A DNA stretch of 64,000 nucleotides from Bacillota bacterium (GTDB lineage: Bacteria > Bacillota > Clostridia > Christensenellales > CAG-314), in contig JAEWZT010000006.1 in NCBI GenBank assembly GCA_023458375.1, forward strand, positions 85,931 to 149,930, given 5' to 3'. The notes under the pieces are model-generated. The model was not told the origin of the DNA. It saw only the letters and a program-made list of their open reading frames with translations, and did not search any database. Below are positions 19,497-28,906 of this stretch, one piece after another. The position numbers and the translations under genes are program-made. Position 1 is the first letter of the stretch, and each line of letters begins with the position of its first letter.

Positions 19497-20864
19497 TTAA
19501 AATTTATGGGTAATCTCCTTAAAAATTTCGCATACGGTGGGGTGCGGAAAAACAAGGTGCTTTATTGATTCTAAATCCGTTTCCAAATCAATCAAATTGC
19601 CCGCCTGCGCGATAAATTCGCTTGCGTAGTCCCCCATCGCGTGAAAACCCAAAAGTTTGTTATTTTTCTTGTCAACTATCGCTTTGGCTATTCCCCTCAT
19701 TTTCACATTTTCCGCGACATAGCGCCCCGAATACGTCAATGGAAGCTCTATTATATCTACGGCAATCCCTTTTTCAGCCGCCTGCTCTTGCGTAAGCCCC
19801 ACGCTGCCCACTTCGGGAGAAGAATAAATGACGGAAGGAATAGCGTTATATTTCATCGCGTCGGCAACGCCTAAAATGTCGTTGACGGCGACCTCAGCCT
19901 CGCGCGCGGCGGCATGGGCGAGCATAATTTTTCCGTTGCAGTCGCCTACGGCATAAACGCCCGTTATATTAGTCTGCATTTTTTCGTCGGTTTTTACGTT
20001 GCCGCGCCCGAAAACTACGCCCAGTTCTTCAAGACCTATGCCTATTGCGTTGGGACGCCTGCCCACCGAAAGCAAAACTTTACCGCAATCAAGTCGGTTT
20101 TCCTGCCCGTCTTTAAAATATTTGATGTTTCCCTCCCCAACTTCAATCACTTTTGCCGACAAGATAAATTCAATTCCCTTTTCTTCCAAAGCTTTTTGCA
20201 GCGCATTGGCAATTGTTAAATCCAAGGGGTTGGCAATGCGCGGCAGCATTTCAATCACCTTAACGGGCACGCCCGCCGCAGCGTAGTAGCTTGCCATTTC
20301 AAGCCCTATTACGCCGCCCCCCAGCACCGCAAGACTTTGGGGCAGTTCCGTTAAGTTTAAAATCTCTCTGTTTGTAAGCACAAAACCGCTTTGAAGCCCC
20401 TCTTCAACGCCTTTAATAGAAGGAATTAAAGAAACGGAGCCGGTAGCGACAATGACGTTTTTGCAAAAGTATTCTCCTTTGCATTCTATAATAAAACCCT
20501 CTTTCTGTTTTGCCGTAATTTTTGCCCTGCCGGCAACCGTTAAGGCGCCGCTTGCCTTAACGCTTGCTTTAACGCCCAAAACAAGACGGTTCACCACTTG
20601 GTTTTTTCGCCTTATTATCGCAGCTTGGTCAATAGAGGGCTTTCCTTCTATAATTACGCCGAAGTTTTTGGCATTTTGCGCGCTTGATAATACTTTTGCG
20701 GAATAAAGCAGCGATTTGCTGGGAATACATCCCTCGTTAAGGCAAACGCCCCCCATCTCTTTTTCTTCAAAAACCACCGTTTTAAGCCCCGCGCCGCCGC
20801 TTTTTTGCGCCGCCGTATAGCCCCCCGGCCCGCCGCCAATAATTCCAACGTCAAAAATATCCAT
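19497..20864 (-). CDS. lpdA: dihydrolipoyl dehydrogenase / pyridine nucleotide-disulfide oxidoreductase
   Basis: GGGPGGY FAD motif, redox-active CLNEGCIPSK, NAD motif GGGVIGLE and a C-terminal HPT dimerisation motif. Confidence 0.85.
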   Translation of the reverse strand: MDIFDVGIIGGGPGGYTAAQKSGGAGLKTVVFEEKEMGGVCLNEGCIPSKSLLYSAKVLSSAQNAKNFGVIIEGKPSIDQAAIIRRKNQVVNRLVLGVKASVKASGALTVAGRAKITAKQKEGFIIECKGEYFCKNVIVATGSVSLIPSIKGVEEGLQSGFVLTNREILNLTELPQSLAVLGGGVIGLEMASYYAAAGVPVKVIEMLPRIANPLDLTIANALQKALEEKGIEFILSAKVIEVGEGNIKYFKDGQENRLDCGKVLLSVGRRPNAIGIGLEELGVVFGRGNVKTDEKMQTNITGVYAVGDCNGKIMLAHAAAREAEVAVNDILGVADAMKYNAIPSVIYSSPEVGSVGLTQEQAAEKGIAVDIIELPLTYSGRYVAENVKMRGIAKAIVDKKNNKLLGFHAMGDYASEFIAQAGNLIDLETDLESIKHLVFPHPTVCEIFKEITHKF

Positions 20865-21297
20865 TGCAAAAATCTCCTTTAATTCGGTTAAAGTATATCA
20901 CACAAAATAACGGATAGGCAATTGAACATAAGAAAAAACCAAAGGGCGCAAAGCAAGAGTAAAATTATCCTCGGGAAAGCGATTTAGGCGGCTTTTAATA
21001 TCTTAACTAAGCACGGTTTCTTTGGTATGCCGCGGCAAAATTAGATAAAACAACAAATCAGATACGGTTTTAAGTATAAAACAACGCCTTGCTTTTTCAG
21101 CACCCTTTTGCTAAACTTAAACGCGTAAGTGCTATTGAGCATATTTGTAACAGCACTTAATAACGCAGAAAGTGATTGAAATTATTAAATACAAAAGTGT
21201 AAAAACAGTGAGAGTTAAAAAGACAAAAGACCGCAGAAAATGTCGGGAAATAATTTCAAAATATTGATAGTATAAGGATGCGCAGGGAGGGGCTAAT

Positions 21298-22173
21298 TTG
21301 GAATGGATTGAAACGATAAGCCAAGCAATAGACTATATTGAGGAAAATATGACGGAGGAGTTGACGGCGGAAAGTATTGCGAAGCGCGTCTGTTTATCGC
21401 CGTTTTATTTTCAAAAGGGATTTGCCATGCTGTGCGGCTTTACCGTAGGCGAATACATCAAACGGCGCAGACTTGCCCTTGCGGGTATTGAGCTTGTATC
21501 AACTAAGGAAAAAGTGATTGATATCGCACTTAAATACGGCTACGATTCGCCTGACAGTTTCACAAAGGCCTTTACTCGCTTTCACGGCATTACGCCTACG
21601 GCCGTGCGCAGGGAGGGTGCGATGTTTAAATCCTTCGCGCCGTTAAAAATCAGGTTTTCATTAGACGGAGGTTACACTATGGATTATAAAATTGTTGAAA
21701 AAGAAGCTTTTACAGTTATGGGCACGTCAAGAGTATTTAAATATGATAGCGCAAAAGAGGAAATCCCTTTGTTTTGGGAGGAACACTACCGCAAGGGAAA
21801 GGGAAAAGTTGTATGCGGAAAGTATGGGATTTGTCTTGACGAAAAGGGGGGCAAAGACGGGTTTGAATATTTAATTGCAGACGACTACGATTTAAAGGCT
21901 AAAATACCGCAAGGTTTTGTTTTAAAGACTATCCCCAAACACACTTGGGCGGTATTCGCTTGCAGGGGCGCTATGCCTCAGGCGTTGCAGGAGGTCAACG
22001 GCAACATATTTTCTCAATGGCTGCCCAACTGTAAAGATTACGAAATTGCGGCAGGCTACAACGTAGAAATGTATACAGACGTCAGCCAATACAAAGACGG
22101 CAACCAAGACAAAAACTATTACAGTGAAATTTGGATTCCGATTAAAAGGCGTCGGACACTCAAACCCATATAA
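21298..22173 (+). CDS. AraC-family regulator with GyrI-like effector domain
   Basis: N-terminal AraC HTH (LSPFYFQKGF, KYGYDSPDSFTKAFTRFHGITP) and a C-terminal GyrI-like/SOUL-type domain. TTG start. Confidence 0.8.
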   Translation: MEWIETISQAIDYIEENMTEELTAESIAKRVCLSPFYFQKGFAMLCGFTVGEYIKRRRLALAGIELVSTKEKVIDIALKYGYDSPDSFTKAFTRFHGITPTAVRREGAMFKSFAPLKIRFSLDGGYTMDYKIVEKEAFTVMGTSRVFKYDSAKEEIPLFWEEHYRKGKGKVVCGKYGICLDEKGGKDGFEYLIADDYDLKAKIPQGFVLKTIPKHTWAVFACRGAMPQALQEVNGNIFSQWLPNCKDYEIAAGYNVEMYTDVSQYKDGNQDKNYYSEIWIPIKRRRTLKPI

Positions 22174-22358
22174 CCAGTGATTTTGAGAAAGAAGAAATTA
22201 AAAAAGTTAGTAAAGCGAAAAAATACCCTTAAAAATACCCTTAAAAAGGGACGCGAGGCGCTGTAATTGATTTTAACACCGCCTTTTTTGACCTAAGAAA
22301 AATGAAAAAAGGCTCTTAACCGCTTAAAACAGCCTTTAAGAGCCTTAAACAAGGGCTT

Positions 22359-22435
22359 TGGTCGAGGCGACAAGATTTGAACTTGCGACCTCATGGTCCC
22401 GAACCATGCGCGCTACCAAACTGCGCTACGCCTCG
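22359..22435 (-). tRNA. tRNA-Pro (anticodon CGG)
   Basis: The minus strand reads CGAGGCG-TA-GCGC-AGTTTGGTA-GCGC-G-CATGG-TTCGGGA-CCATG-AGGTC-GCAAG-TTCAAAT-CTTGT-CGCCTCG-A-CCA, a complete 77-nt cloverleaf. Confidence 0.9.
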
Positions 22436-22977
22436 ACGTTTATATCCTTACATTATTATAATACCGTTTACCCCCCTATGCTCAAAACTGCTCCATATTT
22501 ATAAAGCAAAACCCTCAAAACTGTCTTTTTGGATAATTTGCCCTGTCATTTGCGCAAAGAAAGATTTTATTAAAGTGCGCTGCAAGGTTTTAATTATATC
22601 ACAGTATCAAACGCATTGTCAAAAGTTTTAATCGCCGCGCCCGCAGAAATTGCCGCTTAGCAAGACGGCTTTTATTTAGTTTATATATGCAAAAACTTTT
22701 CTTTTGCGCGTTAATTATCAAAGCAGAATTAAAGCGGTCTTCCTCTGCCAGCATTATTCTTGAAATAGCCCAAAATGTTTTAAGGCGCGAAAAAAAACAG
22801 AACGCTTACCGTTCAAAATACGAATTTTTTTAGACTGTCATTCTTGTATAAGTTTTTTATTTCATTAGTTGTTTTAAATATTTTTATTCTAAAAAACGCT
22901 TTTTAAAGAGTTTACGGGCAAAACAATCTTGTATTAAAAGTAAAATTTGAGGGCATGCTCAAATGGGCGGAAAATGC

Positions 22978-23006
22978 TTGAAAAAAGAGGTTTGCTGTGT
23001 TATACT
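22978..23006 (+). promoter_or_regulatory. sigma-A promoter (TTGAAA-17-TGtTATACT)
   Basis: -35 at 22978..22983, an extended -10 TGT, and TATACT at 23001..23006. Confidence 0.55.
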
Positions 23007-23012
23007 TTTTTG

Positions 23013-23148
23013 CGAGGGAGTAACTCCGCGCATTTTAAACAATGCGCGTGGCAAGTCAACATCCTGTCGGGCAAAAAAAGTCCGATTGGTTTGTCAATAA
23101 AGAGTGAGACTCATATATTCTGCATTTGAGTATATGGGTCTTTTTTTT
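23013..23148 (+). promoter_or_regulatory. structured 5' leader with terminator; candidate yybP-ykoY-like (Mn2+) riboswitch
   Basis: GAGGGAGTAAC, AGTCAACATCC, GGTTTGTCAATAA and AGTGAGAC resemble the conserved GGGGAGUAG / UUGACAUA / AGCAAGAC blocks. Terminator AGACTCATATA-N13-TATATGGGTCT plus T8 at 23107..23148 overlaps the putative P1 3' strand. Confidence 0.45.
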
Positions 23149-23179
23149 AGGCATCAACATTACTTTACAAGGAGAAAAT

Positions 23180-25888
23180 ATGAAAGAGTATTTGCATTCA
23201 ATTGAGCAGACTTTTGAAAAAACCGCCTCTACGCCCGACGGCTTAACTTCGCAGGAAGTTTTAAAGCGGCAGGAGTCAAGCGGCAAGAATAAGCTCAGAG
23301 AAGCGAAAAAAGATTCCTTTTTTAAGCGTTTTTTTAAACAGCTTGCCGACCCGATGATTATAATTCTGCTCGTTGCCGCCGTCATTTCGGCGGCTACCTC
23401 AATTTACGAGGGTTTGCATGCGGGCGAGGGTTTTGTATTTCCCAGCGAATCGCTGATAATTTTAATCGTCGTTTTGCTTAACTCCACGCTGGGCGTCATT
23501 CAGGAAAGCAAGGCGGAAAAAGCCGTTGAGGCGCTTCAAGAAATCTCCGCCACCACAAGCAAGGTTTTGCGCGACGGAAAAATTACCGTTATCCGCTCGG
23601 AAGACCTTGTGGTGGGCGACATAATTGTACTTGAAGCGGGGGACGCAATTCCTGCGGACGCAAGAATAATTGAATGCGTCAGCATGAAGGTAGAAGAGTC
23701 GGCGCTGACGGGCGAAAGCGTTCCCGTTACCAAAACGACGGACGCCTTAAATTTAAACGGTCAAAAGGATATTTCACTGGGCGACCGCAAGAATATGGTT
23801 TATATGGGAAGCACCCTTGTTTACGGCAGAGGCAAAGCCGTTATTTGCGCTATCGGCATGGACACCGAAATGGGCAAAATCGCAGACGCCTTAGAAAAAG
23901 CCGAAGAGGGGAAAACCCCCTTGCAAATGAAACTTTCGCAGCTTTCAAAGATATTAACTTACTTAGTTTTAGGAATTTCCGTATTTATCTTTTTGTTCTC
24001 AATAGTCAGAAATTGGATTATGGCACAGCCCATTAACGGACCTTTTGTGCTAAATACCTTTATGATAGCGGTATCACTGGCAGTTGCCGCCATACCCGAA
24101 GGGCTTGTTGCCGTTGTAACCATAGTGCTTTCAATAGGCGTTACAAACATGAGCAAACGCAACGCCATAATCCGCAAGCTTACCGCCGTAGAAACGCTTG
24201 GCTGCGCCCAAATAATTTGTTCGGACAAAACGGGCACGCTGACACAAAACAAGATGACGGTCGTTGACAAAAGCGGCGAAGACGTAACGTTGTTAGCCAA
24301 AGCTATGGCGCTTTGCAGCGACGCCTATTTGGACGAAAACAACAAAGCGACGGGCGAACCCACCGAGTGCGCGCTTGTAAACTACGCGGTAACGCTTGGC
24401 CTGCGTAAGCACGAGCTTGAAAAAATTACCCCCCGCGTTGCCGAAGCGCCCTTTGATTCTATGCGCAAAATGATGTCTACCGTCCACCAAACGGAAAAGG
24501 GCTTTATTCAATATACCAAAGGCGCGCCCGACGAAGTGCTTAAAAAATGCACCAGCGCATTAATAGGCGGCAAGGAAGTTCCTCTTACGGAAGCAATTAA
24601 AAATGATATATTGGCAGAAAACAAGCGTATGGCGGACAAAGCTTTGCGCGTTTTAGGCGCCGCATATAAAACATATTCGCAAAAACCCTCTTCAAACGAA
24701 CCGCAAGCGCTTGAATACGATTTGTGCTATATCGGTTTAGAGGGCATGATTGACCCCGTGCGCCCCGAAGTAATAGGCGCGATAAAAGAATGCAGAACAG
24801 CGGGGATACGCCCCATAATGATTACGGGCGACCACCGCGACACGGCAATAGCAATAGCGCTTCAACTGGGAATCATTTCAAGCGAAGAAGAAACCATTAC
24901 AGGCATGCAGCTAGACGATATAAGCGACGAACAGTTGAAGGTGGACATCGTTAAATATTCCGTTTACGCAAGGGTTCAGCCCGAACATAAAGTGCGCATA
25001 GTCAACGCCTGGAAAGCGCAGGACAAAGTAGTCGCCATGACGGGCGACGGCGTAAACGACGCCCCCAGCATTAAAAGCGCCGATATCGGAGTGGGCATGG
25101 GCATTACTGGCACCGACGTGACGAAAAACGTGGCGGATATGGTGCTTGCCGACGATAATTTCGCAACGATAGTTTCGGCGATAGGCGAAGGCAGGCGCAT
25201 TTACGACAACATAAGAAAGGCGATACAATTTCTGCTTGCAAGCAACTTATCGGAAGTTTTAAGCATTTTCGCGGCGACGGTTTTGGGCTTTACCATTTTA
25301 AAACCCGTGCATTTGCTTTGGATTAACTTAATTACCGACAGTCTGCCCGCTTTGGCTTTGGGCGTAGAAGAACCGGAAATTGACATTATGAACCGCAAAC
25401 CGCGCGAAGCAAGAGAAGGCGTTTTTGCCAACGGCGTGGGCTTTGACTGTTTGTGGCAGGGCGTAATGGTTACCGTTTTGACGCTTTTAGCTTTCTTTAT
25501 AGGCGAAAAAATACAAAACGGCGCGTGGGCGATAGCCGACAGCACCGACGGTATGACAATGGCGTTTTTAACGCTTTCTATGGCGGAGATATTCCACTCG
25601 TTCAATATGCGCAGCAGAAGAAAGAGCATATTCAGCCTCAAAAAGCAAAACTGGTTTTTAATCGGCGCGGCTGCGCTGGCGTTAGGGCTTACCACAATGG
25701 TAATCTACGTTGACTTTTTGTCGCTAGCCTTCGGTTTCGTGTCGGAAACGGGCGCGCCCATTCACATAAGCGTGCTTGAATACGCCGTAGCTATGGCGCT
25801 TGCCTTTGCGGTAATACCCATTACGGAAATCGTTAAAATGTTTCAGCGCGCTGCCGACAAAAAGTTCCAGCTAAAATCGTTGAGCTAA
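23180..25888 (+). CDS. P-type cation-transporting ATPase, Ca2+(/Mn2+) P2-type
   Basis: TGES, CSDKTGTLT, MITGDH and TGDGVNDAPS motifs with 10-TM topology. ATG 23180 follows a GGAGAA RBS. Confidence 0.9.
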   Translation: MKEYLHSIEQTFEKTASTPDGLTSQEVLKRQESSGKNKLREAKKDSFFKRFFKQLADPMIIILLVAAVISAATSIYEGLHAGEGFVFPSESLIILIVVLLNSTLGVIQESKAEKAVEALQEISATTSKVLRDGKITVIRSEDLVVGDIIVLEAGDAIPADARIIECVSMKVEESALTGESVPVTKTTDALNLNGQKDISLGDRKNMVYMGSTLVYGRGKAVICAIGMDTEMGKIADALEKAEEGKTPLQMKLSQLSKILTYLVLGISVFIFLFSIVRNWIMAQPINGPFVLNTFMIAVSLAVAAIPEGLVAVVTIVLSIGVTNMSKRNAIIRKLTAVETLGCAQIICSDKTGTLTQNKMTVVDKSGEDVTLLAKAMALCSDAYLDENNKATGEPTECALVNYAVTLGLRKHELEKITPRVAEAPFDSMRKMMSTVHQTEKGFIQYTKGAPDEVLKKCTSALIGGKEVPLTEAIKNDILAENKRMADKALRVLGAAYKTYSQKPSSNEPQALEYDLCYIGLEGMIDPVRPEVIGAIKECRTAGIRPIMITGDHRDTAIAIALQLGIISSEEETITGMQLDDISDEQLKVDIVKYSVYARVQPEHKVRIVNAWKAQDKVVAMTGDGVNDAPSIKSADIGVGMGITGTDVTKNVADMVLADDNFATIVSAIGEGRRIYDNIRKAIQFLLASNLSEVLSIFAATVLGFTILKPVHLLWINLITDSLPALALGVEEPEIDIMNRKPREAREGVFANGVGFDCLWQGVMVTVLTLLAFFIGEKIQNGAWAIADSTDGMTMAFLTLSMAEIFHSFNMRSRRKSIFSLKKQNWFLIGAAALALGLTTMVIYVDFLSLAFGFVSETGAPIHISVLEYAVAMALAFAVIPITEIVKMFQRAADKKFQLKSLS

Positions 25889-25930
25889 GACCCGCCAAAG
25901 AATTATTAAAGTAAATTAACAAACAAAATA

Positions 25931-25965
25931 AAAGCCGCGGCTAAACGCTTGCGGCTTTATTTTTT
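25931..25965 (+). terminator. intrinsic terminator
   Basis: AAAGCCGC-N12-GCGGCTTT followed by a T-run. Confidence 0.7.
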
Positions 25966-26274
25966 ATAGTTGAGTTTGCTTAAAGCGTAATAAACCGAGA
26001 TTGACTTTTATCTGTTTTTTTTACGAAAAGATTGTCTTGTAATCTTTTACCCTTTGGTTTTTCCGCCTGTTTTTTACGCATACTGTTTTTCTAAAATACG
26101 TTTCTTTTTGCCGCTACCGCCAAATGAAAGTGCGACAGCGATGCTTCTTTTTTCTATTTTCTTGCAATAAAAATATAAGCGTAACCGTTTGACAAAGCGG
26201 CGGTAAAACTATACTATAATGCTGTTCGCAAAAAAGACAAAACCAACATAGAGTAAACGGAAGAGAAGAAAATT

Positions 26275-27933
26275 ATGTTTAATGATTTAGAAATAGCCCA
26301 CTCCGTAACGCCAAAACCCATAGCAGAAATTGCCGCAAAGCTGGGCATTTCAGCGGGGGAAGTTGAGCCTTACGGCGCAAACAAAGCCAAAATAAACGTC
26401 AAAAACCTAAACCCCAAGGGTAATTTGATTCTCGTTACCGCTATTAACCCTACGGGAAGCGGGGAAGGGAAAACGACGGTTTCCATAGGGCTTGCCGACG
26501 CCCTTAACAGAATAGGCAAAAAAACCTGCCTCGCTTTGCGCGAACCTTCATTAGGACCCGTTTTTGGAGTCAAAGGCGGAGCGGCTGGGGGCGGCTGGGC
26601 GCAAGTTATACCTATGGAAGACATAAACTTGCACTTTACGGGGGACATTCACGCCGTTACGGCGGCAAACAACCTGTTAAGCGCAATAATTGACAACAGT
26701 ATTTACCAAGACAACAAGCTTAATATCAACCCCAAACGCGTGGTATGGAACCGCTGCGTTGACCTTAACGACAGGGCGCTAAGAAAAGTTGTGGTGGGGC
26801 TTGGCGGAACAACGGACGGTGTTGTCCGCGAGGAAAACTTTAACATTTCCGCCGCAAGCGAAGTTATGGCGATTTTATGCCTTTCAAACGACTTAAAGGA
26901 ACTCAAAGAAAAACTGGGCGACATTGTCGCGGCATATACCTATGACGGCAAACCCGTAACGGCGCGCGATTTACAAGCGCACGAGGCAATGGCGATTTTG
27001 CTTAAAGACGCGGTTAAGCCCAATTTGGTGCAGACCTTAGAAGGCAACCCCGCTCTGATACACGGAGGACCTTTCGCAAATATCGCGCACGGCTGCAACA
27101 CCCTGCTCGCCACCAAAACGGCTTTAACTTACGCCGATTATTGCGTAACGGAAGCGGGTTTCGGCGCCGACTTGGGCGCGGAAAAGTTTATTGACGTTAA
27201 GTGCCGCCTTTCGGGGCTTTCGCCCAAATGCGCCGTAATTGTAGCTACCGTGAGGGCGCTAAAACTTCACGGCGGCGCCGACAAAAAGAATTTGACGGCG
27301 GAGAATTTGGAAGCGCTGCAAAAAGGCTTGCCCAATTTGGAAAAACACATTAAGAATATGGCGGAAGTTTTCCGTCTTAAATGCGTAGTGGCAATCAACT
27401 GCTTTGCAAGCGACACCAAGGAAGAGCTTGACTTAATAAAAAACGCATGCGACGCATTAAACGTGCCCGTTGCCTTTTGTGAAGTTTGGGCAAAAGGAGG
27501 CAAGGGCGGAGAAGACCTTGCCCGCAAGGTGGCAGCTATTGCGGAAAGCGCCGATGCACCCGTCCGATATGTTTATCCGCTCAACTTGCCCATTGAAGAA
27601 AAAATAAACGCCGTCGCTAAAAGCGTTTACGGCGCGGAAGGCGCTGAGCTTTCAGTAAAGGCAAAGCAGGATATAAAGGAAATTACCCGTTACGGCTACG
27701 GCGGTTTGCCCATTATCATAGCTAAAACGCAGTATTCCCTTTCCGACAATGCAAACAAGCTTGGCGCGCCCAAAAACTTTATAATCAACGTCCGCGAGGT
27801 GCAACTGCGCGCCGGCGCGGGCTTTGTTGTAGCAATCGCAGGCGATATTATGCTTATGCCGGGGCTTCCAAAAACCCCCGCCTCCGCTGCCATGACCATT
27901 TCCGCCGACGGCGTCATAGAAGGGCTGTTTTAA
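26275..27933 (+). CDS. fhs: formate--tetrahydrofolate ligase
   Basis: 552 aa with INPTGSGEGKTT and the GGPFANIAHGCN signature. Confidence 0.95.
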   Translation: MFNDLEIAHSVTPKPIAEIAAKLGISAGEVEPYGANKAKINVKNLNPKGNLILVTAINPTGSGEGKTTVSIGLADALNRIGKKTCLALREPSLGPVFGVKGGAAGGGWAQVIPMEDINLHFTGDIHAVTAANNLLSAIIDNSIYQDNKLNINPKRVVWNRCVDLNDRALRKVVVGLGGTTDGVVREENFNISAASEVMAILCLSNDLKELKEKLGDIVAAYTYDGKPVTARDLQAHEAMAILLKDAVKPNLVQTLEGNPALIHGGPFANIAHGCNTLLATKTALTYADYCVTEAGFGADLGAEKFIDVKCRLSGLSPKCAVIVATVRALKLHGGADKKNLTAENLEALQKGLPNLEKHIKNMAEVFRLKCVVAINCFASDTKEELDLIKNACDALNVPVAFCEVWAKGGKGGEDLARKVAAIAESADAPVRYVYPLNLPIEEKINAVAKSVYGAEGAELSVKAKQDIKEITRYGYGGLPIIIAKTQYSLSDNANKLGAPKNFIINVREVQLRAGAGFVVAIAGDIMLMPGLPKTPASAAMTISADGVIEGLF

Positions 27934-27962
27934 TATCAATTAAACACAACATAAAAACACAT

Positions 27963-27990
27963 AAAAGCCGCCATTACAGCGGCTTTTTTT
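27963..27990 (+). terminator. intrinsic terminator of fhs
   Basis: AAAAGCCGC-cattaca-GCGGC followed by T7. Confidence 0.8.
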
Positions 27991-28020
27991 GATTTAAAAA
28001 AATGCATTAAACTGCATCTG

Positions 28021-28308
28021 ATGCCTGCAATAAAGCAACGCTATATTACTCTTATATTTTCAATTGCAGATTTCTTTCAACATTCAAAGATTAAATCTAA
28101 ATTAAGCGTGCAAATATTACGCCATACATTCATTATAAGGCGCAACAAAGCAAACATACCGGCAAATGCAGTGCAAAAATGGGCAGGACATGCAAGCGTT
28201 AAAATGACCTTAAAAACCTATACACACGTTAATAAAGAGTTTGAAGAGAAAAATACTAAGCAATTTGACACTTATTCTGACACTTATTCTGACACTCATA
28301 AAAACTAA
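28021..28308 (+). pseudogene. tyrosine recombinase (phage integrase) C-terminal remnant
   Basis: LRHTFIIR...WAGHASVKMTLKTYTHV carries the R-H-x-x-R...H...Y catalytic C-terminus only. The N-terminal two thirds are absent. It abuts the ssrA 3' end. Confidence 0.75.
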
Positions 28309-28393
28309 AACAAAAATAAATAAGGGGTTTTTAACCTTAAAAAAGACAAAAACCCATTATTTTAAGCCCTAAAAGCCGCCATTTTGGCTAATT

Positions 28394-28765
28394 TGGCGGA
28401 GGTGGCGAGACTTGCACTCGCGTACCGCTGCGTAACCGACAGATTTTCTCCGTGCGCAGCCTAGTTTCTTTTTATGTCCCCTTTAAAAGCTAGTAGGCAA
28501 GCTTTAAAAAGGGTAATATGTTCTTTGGCGGCACGCCCTTACATAGTGGGGGCGCTGCCCCTTTACCGCTTATAATGACGCTCTTGCCCCCGCTAAACGG
28601 TAAGCGGGGAAGAACGGGCGGCTAATTAAGCCGCAACTGCCAATCTGGTTGATTGGGTGCTAAAATTTTCGTTAGCGTTTAATTTGTTTGCCGTTTTTTA
28701 CGAAGCACGGCGCTTCGGCACGCTTATCAGCCCTTTACCACAACGGGCGAATCTATAACACCCCC
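28394..28765 (-). ncRNA. ssrA: tmRNA (ssrA)
   Basis: On the minus strand, 5' GGGGGTG pairs with 3' CACCTCC (G3:U), followed by G-CCA, with T-arm GCGAG-TGCAAGT-CTCGC. The internal tag ORF (28691..28626) is GCA AAC ... GCG GCT TAA, encoding ANKLNANENFSTQSTRLAVAA*. Confidence 0.85.
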
Positions 28766-28807
28766 GCGATTATCAAAACCCGTTAAATGCAGTTTTAACG
28801 GTTCTTT

Positions 28808-28836
28808 ATTATAGTATATTTACCCTTTTCCGTCAA
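28808..28836 (-). promoter_or_regulatory. sigma-A promoter of ssrA (TTGACG-17-TATAAT)
   Basis: On the minus strand, TTGACG is at 28836..28831 and TATAAT at 28813..28808, about 45 nt upstream of the mature 5' end. Confidence 0.65.
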
Positions 28837-28906
28837 GCGTTATAGTTTACATCAAACTCACCCAAAGAAAACTCTTTTTGTGTTATAATGAAATAGGGGT
28901 TACAAA

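Noticed and set aside
22377-22631. 84-aa plus-strand ORF
   Set aside because: Its first third is antisense to the tRNA-Pro gene and the rest is AT-rich intergenic sequence.
23536-25713. Numerous 60-165 aa ORFs in other frames or strands inside the P-type ATPase gene (for example 23674..24036 and 25201..25695)
   Set aside because: They lie inside a continuous 902-aa frame with all P-type ATPase motifs. Their translations are Arg/Gly- or Ser/Ala-rich frame shadows.
25966-26274. Looked for a ZTP (pfl) or THF riboswitch upstream of fhs
   Set aside because: Only an isolated CCGCCTG was found. There is no GGGUCGUGAC-like pseudoknot partner, and the best promoter (TTGACA at 26189) leaves a leader of only ~50 nt.
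28262-28296. Short tandem repeats (12-nt GACACTTATTCT x2.6 here; 12-nt TTAAAAATACCC x2.5 at 22221..22255), considered as CRISPR or a satellite
   Set aside because: They are too short, with no spacers. The first simply encodes DTYSDTYSDT at the end of the integrase remnant. No CRISPR array exists in the window.
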